A stretch of DNA of 23,504 nt from Candidatus Bathyarchaeia archaeon (lineage in GTDB: Archaea; Thermoproteota; Bathyarchaeia; Bathyarchaeales; Bathycorpusculaceae). The notes under the pieces are model-generated. The model did not search any database and was not told where the DNA came from. It saw only the letters and a program-made list of their open reading frames with translations. Of this stretch, positions 7,899 to 16,836 are shown one piece after another (positions within the stretch are counted from its first letter, which is position 1; every line of letters starts with the position of its first letter). The position numbers were made by a program, and so were the translations under genes. Location of the stretch: NCBI GenBank assembly GCA_049512935.1, contig JBEKWR010000029.1:1-23504 (forward strand). Direction: 5' to 3'.

Positions 7899-7997
7899 AT
7901 TCTTTTTCACCTTTCCTAAAACTAGTCTGCACAATTAAAAAGATAAAGCTTCTTTTAGCAAAAAAGCCACGGCGAAAAGTCCACAGTCTTTTCGGAG

Positions 7998-9557
7998 TCA
8001 TTTTTTGAACATTGCCGCGTCCTGAATGTACTCTTTGCCAGTTCTCAGCGCGATTTCAGCTTTCGCCAGTTCGCCGCCCAGATACGCCAAATGTGTAGGC
8101 TGCGTGGCTAAACCCAGCTTCGCAATTTCTGAGTAGATGGCGTCTGCGGTTTTGCCCTTAAAGATCTTGTCAGGGACATCGTTCTTTTGAATTGCGTAGT
8201 GCGCAGCCACGATGTTTTCACTTTGGCGGTCAACCAAGATTCTAAACGAGCCTGTAGCATCCAACTCCACCGCCTCCTTCTTTTCCGCCAAAATCACCGT
8301 CGCCTTGTGCTCCAGCGTCTTGTCGTAGGGTTCTTCACGGTTTTTCTTGTCCTTAAGAGTCAGCAGGTCTACGCCAAGGTCTTTAGGCACAGAATCCCGT
8401 TTTTTCGCCAAAAACATCATTTTAGCTGCCGCGGCTTCCTCGCCGACGCTTCCTTTCGCCTTGTCACTTTTCTCGGTTGCGAGCAGAATGCTTGCACCCA
8501 CCTCCGAAGACAACCGCGCCAGCAACGCGTTTATTCCGACGGAGTCAGCGTCCATGAGTTCGGTCACGTTTGATGCGCCTACGAACAGGGGCACGTCTGG
8601 GTTTCGCTCAGCGAATTGACGAAACGCGGTGAACGATTCCAAAATGCAGGTCGGGTCAAGAATAAGGTCAGCCACAATTTTTTCCACGCCAAGCTGCCTT
8701 GCGTGCTCGATTGTTTGTTCAAGAAACGCGACGCGCTCCCTTGCCTTTTTGGGGAAGACTCCTAGGCGCTGGTTTGTTGGGATAACGACGACGGCGACTT
8801 TAGCCACGTAAGGCGCAATCAGCTTCAGGTTTCCCGCGTCTCCGCTTAGCACAAGGTCTGCGCCAGCAAGAACGGCTTCTCGGATTTCCGCTGGGTCAAC
8901 CGAATCGATGCTCACGGGAACATCAACGGCGTGTTTGACAAGTTCAACCAGCCGCTTAGCGTCTGAAGGGCGAGAGCTACCCGCATTCATTCCAACGTCG
9001 ACTATGTCTGCGCCAACTGCAACAAAGTGCTTAGCCAGCCGCTGGACCGCCGCCTCATCCATCGACGCGGCGTCAACGATTTCAGCCAGCACCCGCATCG
9101 GGAAGTCTTTGCCCACCGCCAAGTTACCAATAAGCATGCTGCCAGGCTTCTTGAGCAACGCCTCACGGTTACGCTCTGTCCGCTCTATTTCTTTGAGCGC
9201 TTTTTTCTGGAGCTTCTCGCGGATCAGGTCGCAGGCTGGCACAGTTGTTGAAAGCTTGATTTGCCCGATTGAATCCAGCACGGTTGGAAGGTCGGCGGCG
9301 TAGCGTGGACCCTTAAAAGTTGGGGTGCCGACGGCTTCAGCGATTTCGGAAGTGTCCCCATTGACTAAACCGGGTGTGAGGATTAAGTCGTAACCTTTCA
9401 CCCTGAACTTTTTCAGGGCGTCAATGATTGTTTGAGGAGTCAGAAAAGCGGCGACGGCGACGTTCAACGCAATCACTTCGGCGTTTACCGCGCTTTCTTT
9501 GGCGCATCGTTCAACAGTTTCTTTTGCCAACTGGCTGGTTACAAGCAACACCTTCAT
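7998..9557 (-). CDS. Dihydropteroate synthase-like protein (archaeal, pterin-binding TIM barrel with DUF4346-like C-terminus)
   Basis: KGPRYAADL, AEIVDA, GADIVDVG, PVSIDS, NVTELMDADSVGINALL and HLAYLGGELAKAEIAL..GKEYIQD. ATG 9557 overlaps the upstream TGA. Confidence 0.88.
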   Translation of the reverse strand: MKVLLVTSQLAKETVERCAKESAVNAEVIALNVAVAAFLTPQTIIDALKKFRVKGYDLILTPGLVNGDTSEIAEAVGTPTFKGPRYAADLPTVLDSIGQIKLSTTVPACDLIREKLQKKALKEIERTERNREALLKKPGSMLIGNLAVGKDFPMRVLAEIVDAASMDEAAVQRLAKHFVAVGADIVDVGMNAGSSRPSDAKRLVELVKHAVDVPVSIDSVDPAEIREAVLAGADLVLSGDAGNLKLIAPYVAKVAVVVIPTNQRLGVFPKKARERVAFLEQTIEHARQLGVEKIVADLILDPTCILESFTAFRQFAERNPDVPLFVGASNVTELMDADSVGINALLARLSSEVGASILLATEKSDKAKGSVGEEAAAAKMMFLAKKRDSVPKDLGVDLLTLKDKKNREEPYDKTLEHKATVILAEKKEAVELDATGSFRILVDRQSENIVAAHYAIQKNDVPDKIFKGKTADAIYSEIAKLGLATQPTHLAYLGGELAKAEIALRTGKEYIQDAAMFKK

Positions 9558-10201
9558 TTTTGAACCCAAACTCCGATTCTTTCCATCAAGTCAGCCAAGA
9601 CCACGCTATAAGAAGAGTCTGGAGCCACGTGGTTAACCACGTCGTTGTTGTACGCGACCCTTTCCAACAGCTCAGCGATGTGTTCCCGTTCTGCTGGGTC
9701 GTTCGCCAAGGCTTTTATGCGGGTCGCATGGATGATGGCTTCCAATGTTGCTCCGAAGGCGCGGCAGTACACCTGCGGGAATTTCTGGGTTGCGTTCACC
9801 TGCTCCACCGTAAACAGCACCCTCGTCTTTTGGGTGCCCTGCGCAGCCAAGTCAGCGACGGAAACTTCAACGGTTGCCTCTGCCATGCGCAGTTTAGGCG
9901 CGTTAACCGCTTCGGCTTTTAAGAACCACTCCTTCGGCAGCACGCCGCTCGGGTTTGCTTCTTTGAAGGCTGACCTGTAGTAAACCTCTATGTCGCCTGT
10001 TAAGTTTACAACCGCGCACCTGCTTGATTTTATGTTGCTCAGGGTTTTTGACGAATTATAAAGGTTGAAGACGAGATGCCGCATGTCGATCAGCTTCGCG
10101 CCCATGGGTGCAGCGTTGGGTTCTCCATCCGCGTTGTAGGTTGATACTATGGTTTCGACAATCGCGTCTTTTTTGAATCCTAAATCGCCTAGTTTAGCCA
10201 T
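9554..10201 (-). CDS. DUF447-family protein (FMN-binding split-barrel-like, linked to methanopterin-type cofactor genes)
   Basis: ETIVSTYNADGEPNAAPMG...S.TL.N...LEAIIHATR. Typical adjacency to the DHPS-like gene. Confidence 0.85.
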   Translation of the reverse strand: MAKLGDLGFKKDAIVETIVSTYNADGEPNAAPMGAKLIDMRHLVFNLYNSSKTLSNIKSSRCAVVNLTGDIEVYYRSAFKEANPSGVLPKEWFLKAEAVNAPKLRMAEATVEVSVADLAAQGTQKTRVLFTVEQVNATQKFPQVYCRAFGATLEAIIHATRIKALANDPAEREHIAELLERVAYNNDVVNHVAPDSSYSVVLADLMERIGVWVQK

Positions 10202-10434
10202 CGCTCAACCCAGTTGACCTAGAAGGTTGTGATAATTAAGTTTTGCCAACGTGTCAGGGCGGCGTGGAAGGCGTCTAAGGGCTTGCATTCTCTATTTTCT
10301 GACCGATTTAACTTTTGAGGTCATGCGTTAACTCTGCTTTGAGGTTTCAGGTTGAATCTGCCACAGTGGGATAGGCAGACATTTAACCATATGGAAACAA
10401 GGTAAGGTAAGCTATTGCGCCGAAAGTGCAGCTG

Positions 10435-10938
10435 ATGCGAAAATTAACCTTTATCCCCGCCGTCGTAAGCTCGTTCAGAATCGCAGTTTTGCCCCTCTTC
10501 CTGTACTTCTACAACGCTGGAAACGTCGCCCTGTGCCTAACCCTCTTTGCTGCCTCCGCCCTAACCGACCTGCTTGACGGTTTCTTGGCGCGGAAACTGA
10601 AGGTGACAACGAATTTCGGCGCCCACTACGACGCCGCAACCGACTTCGTCCTCGTCATCGGCGTTTACGCGTTCTTTTGCCTAAAAGGCATCTACCCCGC
10701 GTGGCTGCCGCTTCTCATCGCCGTCTCGTTCACCGTGTTTTTAGCCTCAAGCCTTTACGCCAAGAAACTCTACGACCCCATAGGCAGGTATACGGGCAGC
10801 GCGCTCTATATCGGCGTCGTTTTAACGCTTGTTTTCCCGTCACAAGCCATGTTCAGTTTCGTACAGTATGCCTTCGCAGGGTTCTTCTCGGTGTCGCTTG
10901 TAAGCCGAGCGTTAAGCTTCACGAGGAAACGCTCCTAA
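10435..10938 (+). CDS. CDP-alcohol phosphatidyltransferase family protein
   Basis: DLLDGFLARKLKVTTNFGAHYDAATD fits DxxDGxxAR...GxxxDxxxD; multiple TM helices. Confidence 0.9.
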   Translation: MRKLTFIPAVVSSFRIAVLPLFLYFYNAGNVALCLTLFAASALTDLLDGFLARKLKVTTNFGAHYDAATDFVLVIGVYAFFCLKGIYPAWLPLLIAVSFTVFLASSLYAKKLYDPIGRYTGSALYIGVVLTLVFPSQAMFSFVQYAFAGFFSVSLVSRALSFTRKRS

Positions 10939-11020
10939 TTTTCTTCGAACTTGGTTTTTAACGATTTCAAGCAAGCTCTTATAAGGACCATCGGGGCGCG
11001 TGTTAATCAGAGATGCAACC

Positions 11021-12724
11021 ATGAATAAAACGCTGCTAAGTACGACCTTGATAATTTTGATGCTTGGTGGGCTGTTCCTCGTCGGCAGTTTAAGTTTGGT
11101 TTCAGCTCAGAACGCAACATCTGGAAATTCTGGATCGCCGTTTATTTCTTCGGTGAGCCCGATTGCCGACGTTAATTTACAGACAATAACCATTTTGGGC
11201 AGCGGCTTTGGGAACGTCCCGCCTGAAACCCAGAGTTTAGGCGATGGCTCGGTTGACACTGTCGACGGCGGCTCAACGCCCGCGATGCAGGTTCGCGATA
11301 ACAGCCTCATTAACGGTTGGACGGCTGGTTATGGAGGAAACGGAGTCGGCATAGTTCTGGTAAGCTGGTCAGACACAAGAATCGTTCTCGGCGGCTTCGG
11401 AACGGGGCTTAGCATAACGGGGCAGGGCAGGTGGAATTTGATGCCTGGAGACCCAATCCAAATCCTCGTGAAGATGTCGGGGCACGTGGCTTCCTATAGC
11501 ACCAGCGTGCTCGGCTCGCAGCCAACTCCGAGCGGCAACGGCGGCGGTCCAACGATTTCGTCGGTTAGCCAGATTTCGACGGGCATAGTGCAGAAAATCG
11601 TCATTAAAGGCAGCGGCTTCGGCGACACTCAACCCCAAACCATGAGCCTCGGCGACGGCTCCATCGACACCGTGGGCAGCGGCAGCACACCCATCCTTCA
11701 AATCCATGACGACGGATGGTACGGTTGGGAAGCAGGCACTCAGGACGGACCCACTACGGGCGCAGATTCCATCGGCGTCATACTGGAAAGCTGGTCAGAC
11801 GGGGAGATAGTGCTAGGCGGCTTCGGAGCAGCGCTTAACGACAGCGGCGGTCAATGGCAACTTCTGCCCGGAGACCCCATCCGCGTCGTGGTTATGACGC
11901 CTGAAGGCGCGGCAATTTATGAAACGAAGGTTGCTGGAACCTCAGACATGACCACGAACTCTGCGCCGCCGCCTTCCTTCCCCAAGCTTGCGGTTTACTG
12001 CCAGAGCACCGCGACGCTGTCAAACTTCAAGGTTCAAATAAGCGGCAACTTATCCGACGATGGCGTAGGCGTTCCAGACGCGCCGATCCTGCTTGCGTAC
12101 AGCGTCACTGACGGCGGCTCCTGGCTGAACCTCACCACTGTAGACACTGACTTGAACGGTGGCTTCTTGGCGGAGTGGCTGCCTTCAGCCTCTGGGAACT
12201 ACGTGCTTAACGCGACTTACGCGGGAAACGCGACCCTTCCCGGCACAAGCACCGTGGTTAACCTGGTGGTGACCCCGACCGACTCTGTGAACGTTCAAGA
12301 CGTGTTCTCAGTCTCGTCAAACTCGACGGTGACGGATTTGGCGTTCAACTCGACAAGCAGTCAACTCAGCTTCACAGTCACGGGACCAACGGGAACCAGA
12401 GGCTACGCTGACGTGTACATAGCTAAATCCCTCGTGAACGACACTTCAAGCATCAGTGCGTACATTGATGGAGCCCAAGCAAGCTTCACAATAACGTCAA
12501 CCGCTGACTCTTACGTGCTGCACTTCAGCTATCACCACAGCACCCACGAAGTGGAAATAGACCTGTACGGCAAGTCAACGTCGGCGTTAAATGTCACATT
12601 GATTCTTGAGGGAACCGCCTACGGAGCGGCAATCAGCCTGACCGTGATAGCGGTGCTTTTGCTGCTCTTAAGAAAAAACAGGAAGAAGACCCCTATTTTT
12701 GATCCAAGAATCGAAAAGGAATAG
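11021..12724 (+). CDS. Secreted, C-terminally membrane-anchored surface protein with two tandem IPT/TIG-like repeats and Ig-like stalk
   Basis: N-terminal hydrophobic signal, two ~125-aa repeats (P.ISSVS...I.I.GSGFG...SWSD..IVLGGFG...PGDPI), Ser/Thr/Gly-rich with many NxS/T sequons, C-terminal TM plus RKNRKK. Confidence 0.85.
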   Translation: MNKTLLSTTLIILMLGGLFLVGSLSLVSAQNATSGNSGSPFISSVSPIADVNLQTITILGSGFGNVPPETQSLGDGSVDTVDGGSTPAMQVRDNSLINGWTAGYGGNGVGIVLVSWSDTRIVLGGFGTGLSITGQGRWNLMPGDPIQILVKMSGHVASYSTSVLGSQPTPSGNGGGPTISSVSQISTGIVQKIVIKGSGFGDTQPQTMSLGDGSIDTVGSGSTPILQIHDDGWYGWEAGTQDGPTTGADSIGVILESWSDGEIVLGGFGAALNDSGGQWQLLPGDPIRVVVMTPEGAAIYETKVAGTSDMTTNSAPPPSFPKLAVYCQSTATLSNFKVQISGNLSDDGVGVPDAPILLAYSVTDGGSWLNLTTVDTDLNGGFLAEWLPSASGNYVLNATYAGNATLPGTSTVVNLVVTPTDSVNVQDVFSVSSNSTVTDLAFNSTSSQLSFTVTGPTGTRGYADVYIAKSLVNDTSSISAYIDGAQASFTITSTADSYVLHFSYHHSTHEVEIDLYGKSTSALNVTLILEGTAYGAAISLTVIAVLLLLLRKNRKKTPIFDPRIEKE

Positions 12725-12826
12725 AAAAAAGGTTCCAAGACATGCCTAAGGGCTTTCGGGACTAACGGATAAAACCAGCGGTAACATTACATATTTCGTT
12801 TGCCCAGTTACAAAAGGAAACAGCAA

Positions 12827-13840
12827 ATGAAGCAGTCGCTGGTTAGCAGTCCACCCGATGTGGTTCGTGTTTCATCAGGCACCGCCATAGTCCTCGGGTT
12901 GGCGCAGGGCAAGTTGGATGCGGAGCCGACGACGGGGTACCTGATGACTTACAAGCTGGGCAAGTGCACGGCAAACTGCGGCTTCTGCCCGCAGGCCCGA
13001 GGAAGCAAAAGCAGCGCCGAGATGCTGTCCAGAGTCACGTGGCCAACATTTCCAACTCCAGACGTCGTGGCGGCGCTCGGCAACGGGTTCAAGAAGGAAA
13101 AGATCAAGCGGGTCTGCATCCAAGCCTTAAACTACCCTGAGGTTTTCGCGCATCTTGAAGCGCTCGTCAAAGAAATAAAAAAGGAAGCAGCAGTTCCCGT
13201 TTCGGTTTCCTGCCAGCCTCTTAACAGGGCAAACATCGAGCTTTTGGCGGAGGCGGGAGTTGACAGGCTGGGGGTGGCGTTGGACGCGGCGACCGAAGCC
13301 TTGTTTGACACGGTTAAGGGTGAAGGGGCAGGCGGCTCCTACAGTTGGGACAGCCAGTTCCGCATGCTCGCCGAGGCGCTGGAGGTTTTCGGCAAAGGAA
13401 ACGTGAGCACGCACGTGATTGTTGGGTTAGGCGAAACCGAGCGGGAAGCAGCCGAGATCATTCAGAGGTGCGTTGACATGGGTGTTCTGCCAGCTCTTTT
13501 CGCTTTCACGCCCGTTCGAGGAACCGCATTGGAGAGAAATTCGCCGCCAGCGCTCGAATCTTACAGGCGGGTGCAGCTTGCAAGGTTCTTGATTGTTAAT
13601 GGGCTGGCGCGGGCTGACGGCATGCGTTTCGGCGGCGAAGGCAAAATTGTAAGTTTTGGCTTGGCGAAAGAAGCCCTACAGGAGGCGGTCAAGTCTGGCG
13701 CGCCATTTCGCACTTCAGGCTGCCCAGGCTGCAACCGACCTTTCTACAATGAAAAACCTAGCGGTCCAATCTACAATTACCCGCGAAAAATGAGCCGTGA
13801 AGAAGTTGAAGAAGCAGCAGGACATGTGCGCCAGGCTTAA
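12827..13840 (+). CDS. lipS2: Radical SAM protein, archaeal lipoyl synthase subunit LipS2-like
   Basis: CTANCGFC radical-SAM motif and C-terminal TSGCPGCNRP matching the TxGCPxC(N/D)RP motif described for Thermococcus LipS2. Alternative start TTG 12800. Confidence 0.75.
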   Translation: MKQSLVSSPPDVVRVSSGTAIVLGLAQGKLDAEPTTGYLMTYKLGKCTANCGFCPQARGSKSSAEMLSRVTWPTFPTPDVVAALGNGFKKEKIKRVCIQALNYPEVFAHLEALVKEIKKEAAVPVSVSCQPLNRANIELLAEAGVDRLGVALDAATEALFDTVKGEGAGGSYSWDSQFRMLAEALEVFGKGNVSTHVIVGLGETEREAAEIIQRCVDMGVLPALFAFTPVRGTALERNSPPALESYRRVQLARFLIVNGLARADGMRFGGEGKIVSFGLAKEALQEAVKSGAPFRTSGCPGCNRPFYNEKPSGPIYNYPRKMSREEVEEAAGHVRQA

Positions 13841-15183
13841 TGGATCAACTGGTCAGCCGTTTGCGGTGGTGCTTTTTCGTTTTTAGGAATCTTCGGCTTC
13901 TGCCTCGTCACTTGCTCGACTAAACGCCAGAACTCATCCATCGTGTAGCCCTTCAGAAGGTCCTTCATCAGCTTCTTCACTTGGTAGTAGGTCATTTGGG
14001 CTTCGCCTTTATCCAGGTTTTCCTGTGGACCCTTGATGCGTCGGAAAAGCTCGTCCATTTGACGCGGGGAAGCGCGGATTCCAGCCTTCTCCAAGAGCTT
14101 CTGGATGAGGGTTTGGCCTGTGCTTCTGCCTATGAAAATCGTTGTTTCTCTGCCGACGATTTCAGGCGGGAACGGCTCGTAGAGCAGCGGCTGCGCCATC
14201 ATCTCCTCTACTTCTTCTTCTACTTCATGGGTGAAGATGTTTTCGCCGATGATTGGCTTGTGAAACTGGATGGGCAAGGCGAACGCTTTTTCGGCTGTCT
14301 GAGCGATGCGGTAGATTTTTCCCATGTCTATGCCTGTGTCGATGTTGTAGAGAAGCTCGGCTGCCGTCACAACTTCCTCGAAGGGGGCTATGCCTGCGCG
14401 TTCTCCGAAGCCAGCGATGCATGTGTGCAGGTACGCGACGCCTTCTTCCATGGCTGCTAACGTGTTAGCTGAACCCAAGCCGAAGTCGTTGTGGCAGTGA
14501 ATTGAAAGCGGAATTTTCCCTCGTATAGAGTCAGGCAACCCTTCACGAATATGAGCCATCAAATAACGCATAGAAAGCGGCCTGATGAAGCCTACGGTGT
14601 CAGCTAATCCCAAGCTTTTTGCCCCAGCCTTGGCTGCAACCTCAAAAACCTGCAGTATATCCTCCAGCGTGGTCCGCGTACCATCTACCAGAACAAAATC
14701 CACGGCGGCCCCATGCTTCTTGGCGTAATCTATGCTTTCGGACAGTCTCTGCAAAGCTTGCTCTTTAGTCATTTTCAGCTTGTACTGCAAGTTTAAGCCG
14801 TTAATCGGGGATTCAACCGTTATCTCCTTTATTCCGCATTCCAAGCACGCGTTTATGCTGTTTTTGGTGGGTTCAGCCGAAGCGGTGAGTTTTACGTTAC
14901 CAAAACTTTCGTTTACAATGCGTTTGACGTTGCGTTTTTCATCTTCAGACAGGGCTGGAAACCCAACGTTGATTACGGCGATGCCTGCCTCATCCATCAA
15001 CTTTGCAAGCCTAACCTGCTCAACGTAGGTTAAGTAAACTGTTGGCGCTTTGATGCCTTCACGGAAGGTTTCATCCCAGATAAAAACTCGGTCGGGAAGT
15101 TTCGGCGGAAGGTTTTTTCTCAAGCGGTTGTAATTGGCGATTAGTCCTTGAGCTTCCAGCTTCTTAAATATGGTCTTTCTCAT
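13837..15183 (-). CDS. DRE-TIM metallolyase family protein (isopropylmalate/homocitrate/citramalate synthase-like), divergent active site
   Basis: WDETFREG, LADTVG, IHCHNDFGLG.AN, GFGERAG and KPIIGENIFTHE. Alternative start TTG 15201. Confidence 0.85.
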   Translation of the reverse strand: MRKTIFKKLEAQGLIANYNRLRKNLPPKLPDRVFIWDETFREGIKAPTVYLTYVEQVRLAKLMDEAGIAVINVGFPALSEDEKRNVKRIVNESFGNVKLTASAEPTKNSINACLECGIKEITVESPINGLNLQYKLKMTKEQALQRLSESIDYAKKHGAAVDFVLVDGTRTTLEDILQVFEVAAKAGAKSLGLADTVGFIRPLSMRYLMAHIREGLPDSIRGKIPLSIHCHNDFGLGSANTLAAMEEGVAYLHTCIAGFGERAGIAPFEEVVTAAELLYNIDTGIDMGKIYRIAQTAEKAFALPIQFHKPIIGENIFTHEVEEEVEEMMAQPLLYEPFPPEIVGRETTIFIGRSTGQTLIQKLLEKAGIRASPRQMDELFRRIKGPQENLDKGEAQMTYYQVKKLMKDLLKGYTMDEFWRLVEQVTRQKPKIPKNEKAPPQTADQLIH

Positions 15184-15426
15184 CCAGCCACAATCCAACA
15201 ATATGAAAGTTAAACAGCATGTTTAATCTGCAAAGTCCTATATATAAAAACTACATTATCAAACGTAACAGCATCATTTTGTGACGCCTCGAACGAAGAC
15301 TTTTCACGCACATTTCGCAGGTGATTTCCGCAAAACATTGCACTGCTACTTTCTTGAAGCGCCGTTGGCTTGCAAAAGTCTTAAGTGTACATCGGGGCAA
15401 TGTATTACCGCCGTGGGGTAACGGGA

Positions 15427-15654
15427 ATGAGTAGCCTTCAAAGTACAATCGAGAAAATCAAGAACTTAGAAACTGAAAAAAAGAGTCTTCTCCAAGAGAT
15501 TGACGAGCTGAAAAGAATGGCTGACGCGAAAGCCGCCGCCTTAGAAAGCGAGGTTGCTTCCTTGCGGGAAGAGGCAAAAACCTTGAAGACCCTGATGGGT
15601 CAAGAGCAGCCGACCGTAAGCCAGCTGAACGAAAACCAGCTTAAAGTTAGCTAA
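15427..15654 (+). CDS. Small coiled-coil hypothetical protein
   Basis: Continuous heptad pattern (IEKIKNLETEKKSLLQEIDELKRM...LESEVASLREE). ATG 15427 after a G-rich SD-like run. Confidence 0.75.
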   Translation: MSSLQSTIEKIKNLETEKKSLLQEIDELKRMADAKAAALESEVASLREEAKTLKTLMGQEQPTVSQLNENQLKVS

Positions 15655-15753
15655 CCATCGAAATGGCTTTTCGCCGTTTGATTTTTTCTTGTTTCCATTT
15701 TGTGTCTTGTTTCAGAGCCACGCGCCCTCGCTTAGGAACAGATCATCGCATTT

Positions 15754-16617
15754 TTACGTTTGGCTGGTGGACGGCGACCGCTGGATAAGAGCGTTTATGC
15801 CGTTAGCCAACACGTTGCATGCCGCTTGCCGCGGGGTCACGGACGTGTCGGTTTCAAGTTTCTCAAGCGCTTTGTGTAAGCTGTCGATTTTATCGGTAAT
15901 TTCCTGCTTCTTCTTCTCGTAGGCGTCATGCAGTTTCTCCTGGTCAGCCGTGAAGCTTGAAAGAGTCATTTCCAACTCGTTCTTCTTAGCTTTCAGCTCA
16001 TGCTTTGTCTGAGCAAGTTTTTCCGCCGCTTGTTTTTTGGCCTTGAACTTGTAAAAGCTGATTTTGATTTCTTCCTGGCTTGCCACACTGTCTTCCAACT
16101 CGCGGACCTCGGTGCTTAAACGTTGAACGTCTGAGTTACGCTTGTTGCTTAGCTGCCTTGTTTTTTCAGCGTACTCCTTGTCTGTTTCCACCAGAAGATG
16201 ATTGTTGTCGAAAAGTTCTTTGGCTTCTCCAGTCATGCTTGACTCTTGAATCCTGCATTCGGCAAGCGCTGCTTCAACGTCTAGGAAAACCTGCTCGCGT
16301 TCCTTGACAAACTGCTCGTCGACTTTTATAGCGGGGTTTGATTCGAACTCGGAGACGACTTGACGCAGGTTGACAAGCCAAGGGTCGAAGTATTGGCTGA
16401 AGGGTGAAAGAGCGAAAATCTGGTTGCCCAGCCTGGTTAAGCTGCCGAGCGTTTTTTCAACGGCGTCTTGCGGTGAAACCTCGGTTTGTTCTTCCAGGTA
16501 TTTGCCGGCGCTACGCTGCTTCTTCTCCTTCGCTTTCTTTTCACGCGCGGATTTCGAAAGTTGCCGCCCTGCATTTCGATTGGATGAACCGCCTTGAGGT
16601 CTATATGTCATAAACAT
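15754..16617 (-). CDS. Coiled-coil hypothetical protein (287 aa)
   Basis: Long ORF with a basic N-terminus, an FALSPFSQYFDPWL segment and an extended E/K/Q/L-rich helical region. Confidence 0.85.
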   Translation of the reverse strand: MFMTYRPQGGSSNRNAGRQLSKSAREKKAKEKKQRSAGKYLEEQTEVSPQDAVEKTLGSLTRLGNQIFALSPFSQYFDPWLVNLRQVVSEFESNPAIKVDEQFVKEREQVFLDVEAALAECRIQESSMTGEAKELFDNNHLLVETDKEYAEKTRQLSNKRNSDVQRLSTEVRELEDSVASQEEIKISFYKFKAKKQAAEKLAQTKHELKAKKNELEMTLSSFTADQEKLHDAYEKKKQEITDKIDSLHKALEKLETDTSVTPRQAACNVLANGINALIQRSPSTSQT

Positions 16618-16836
16618 TCCAGAGTGCGCAAGAAATATTTAACGTTGACTGTGCCCTCGAAAAGATTAAGGTTGCGCTAAGAGGAAAAAACGTGGATTTT
16701 GAAGGCTGAAAAAATTTTAATGGGTTGTGGGGTTTGGAGATAATTTGAGGGGGAGAAGGGAGAGCGTAAAAAAATATGATTCTCCAAACCTTTCCACCCA
16801 ACCCGTTTTCGGTCTTGTTTTTTTTGCCCCCCGTAA

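Noticed and set aside
6237-9980. Numerous 60-160 aa plus-strand ORFs opposite pyrK, pyrD, DHPS-like and DUF447
   Set aside because: Antisense shadows of well-supported GC-rich genes.
10202-10434. Possible riboswitch or ncRNA in the divergent intergenic region (TCTGCC...GGCAGA stem)
   Set aside because: Short stem only; no known aptamer consensus recognisable by eye.
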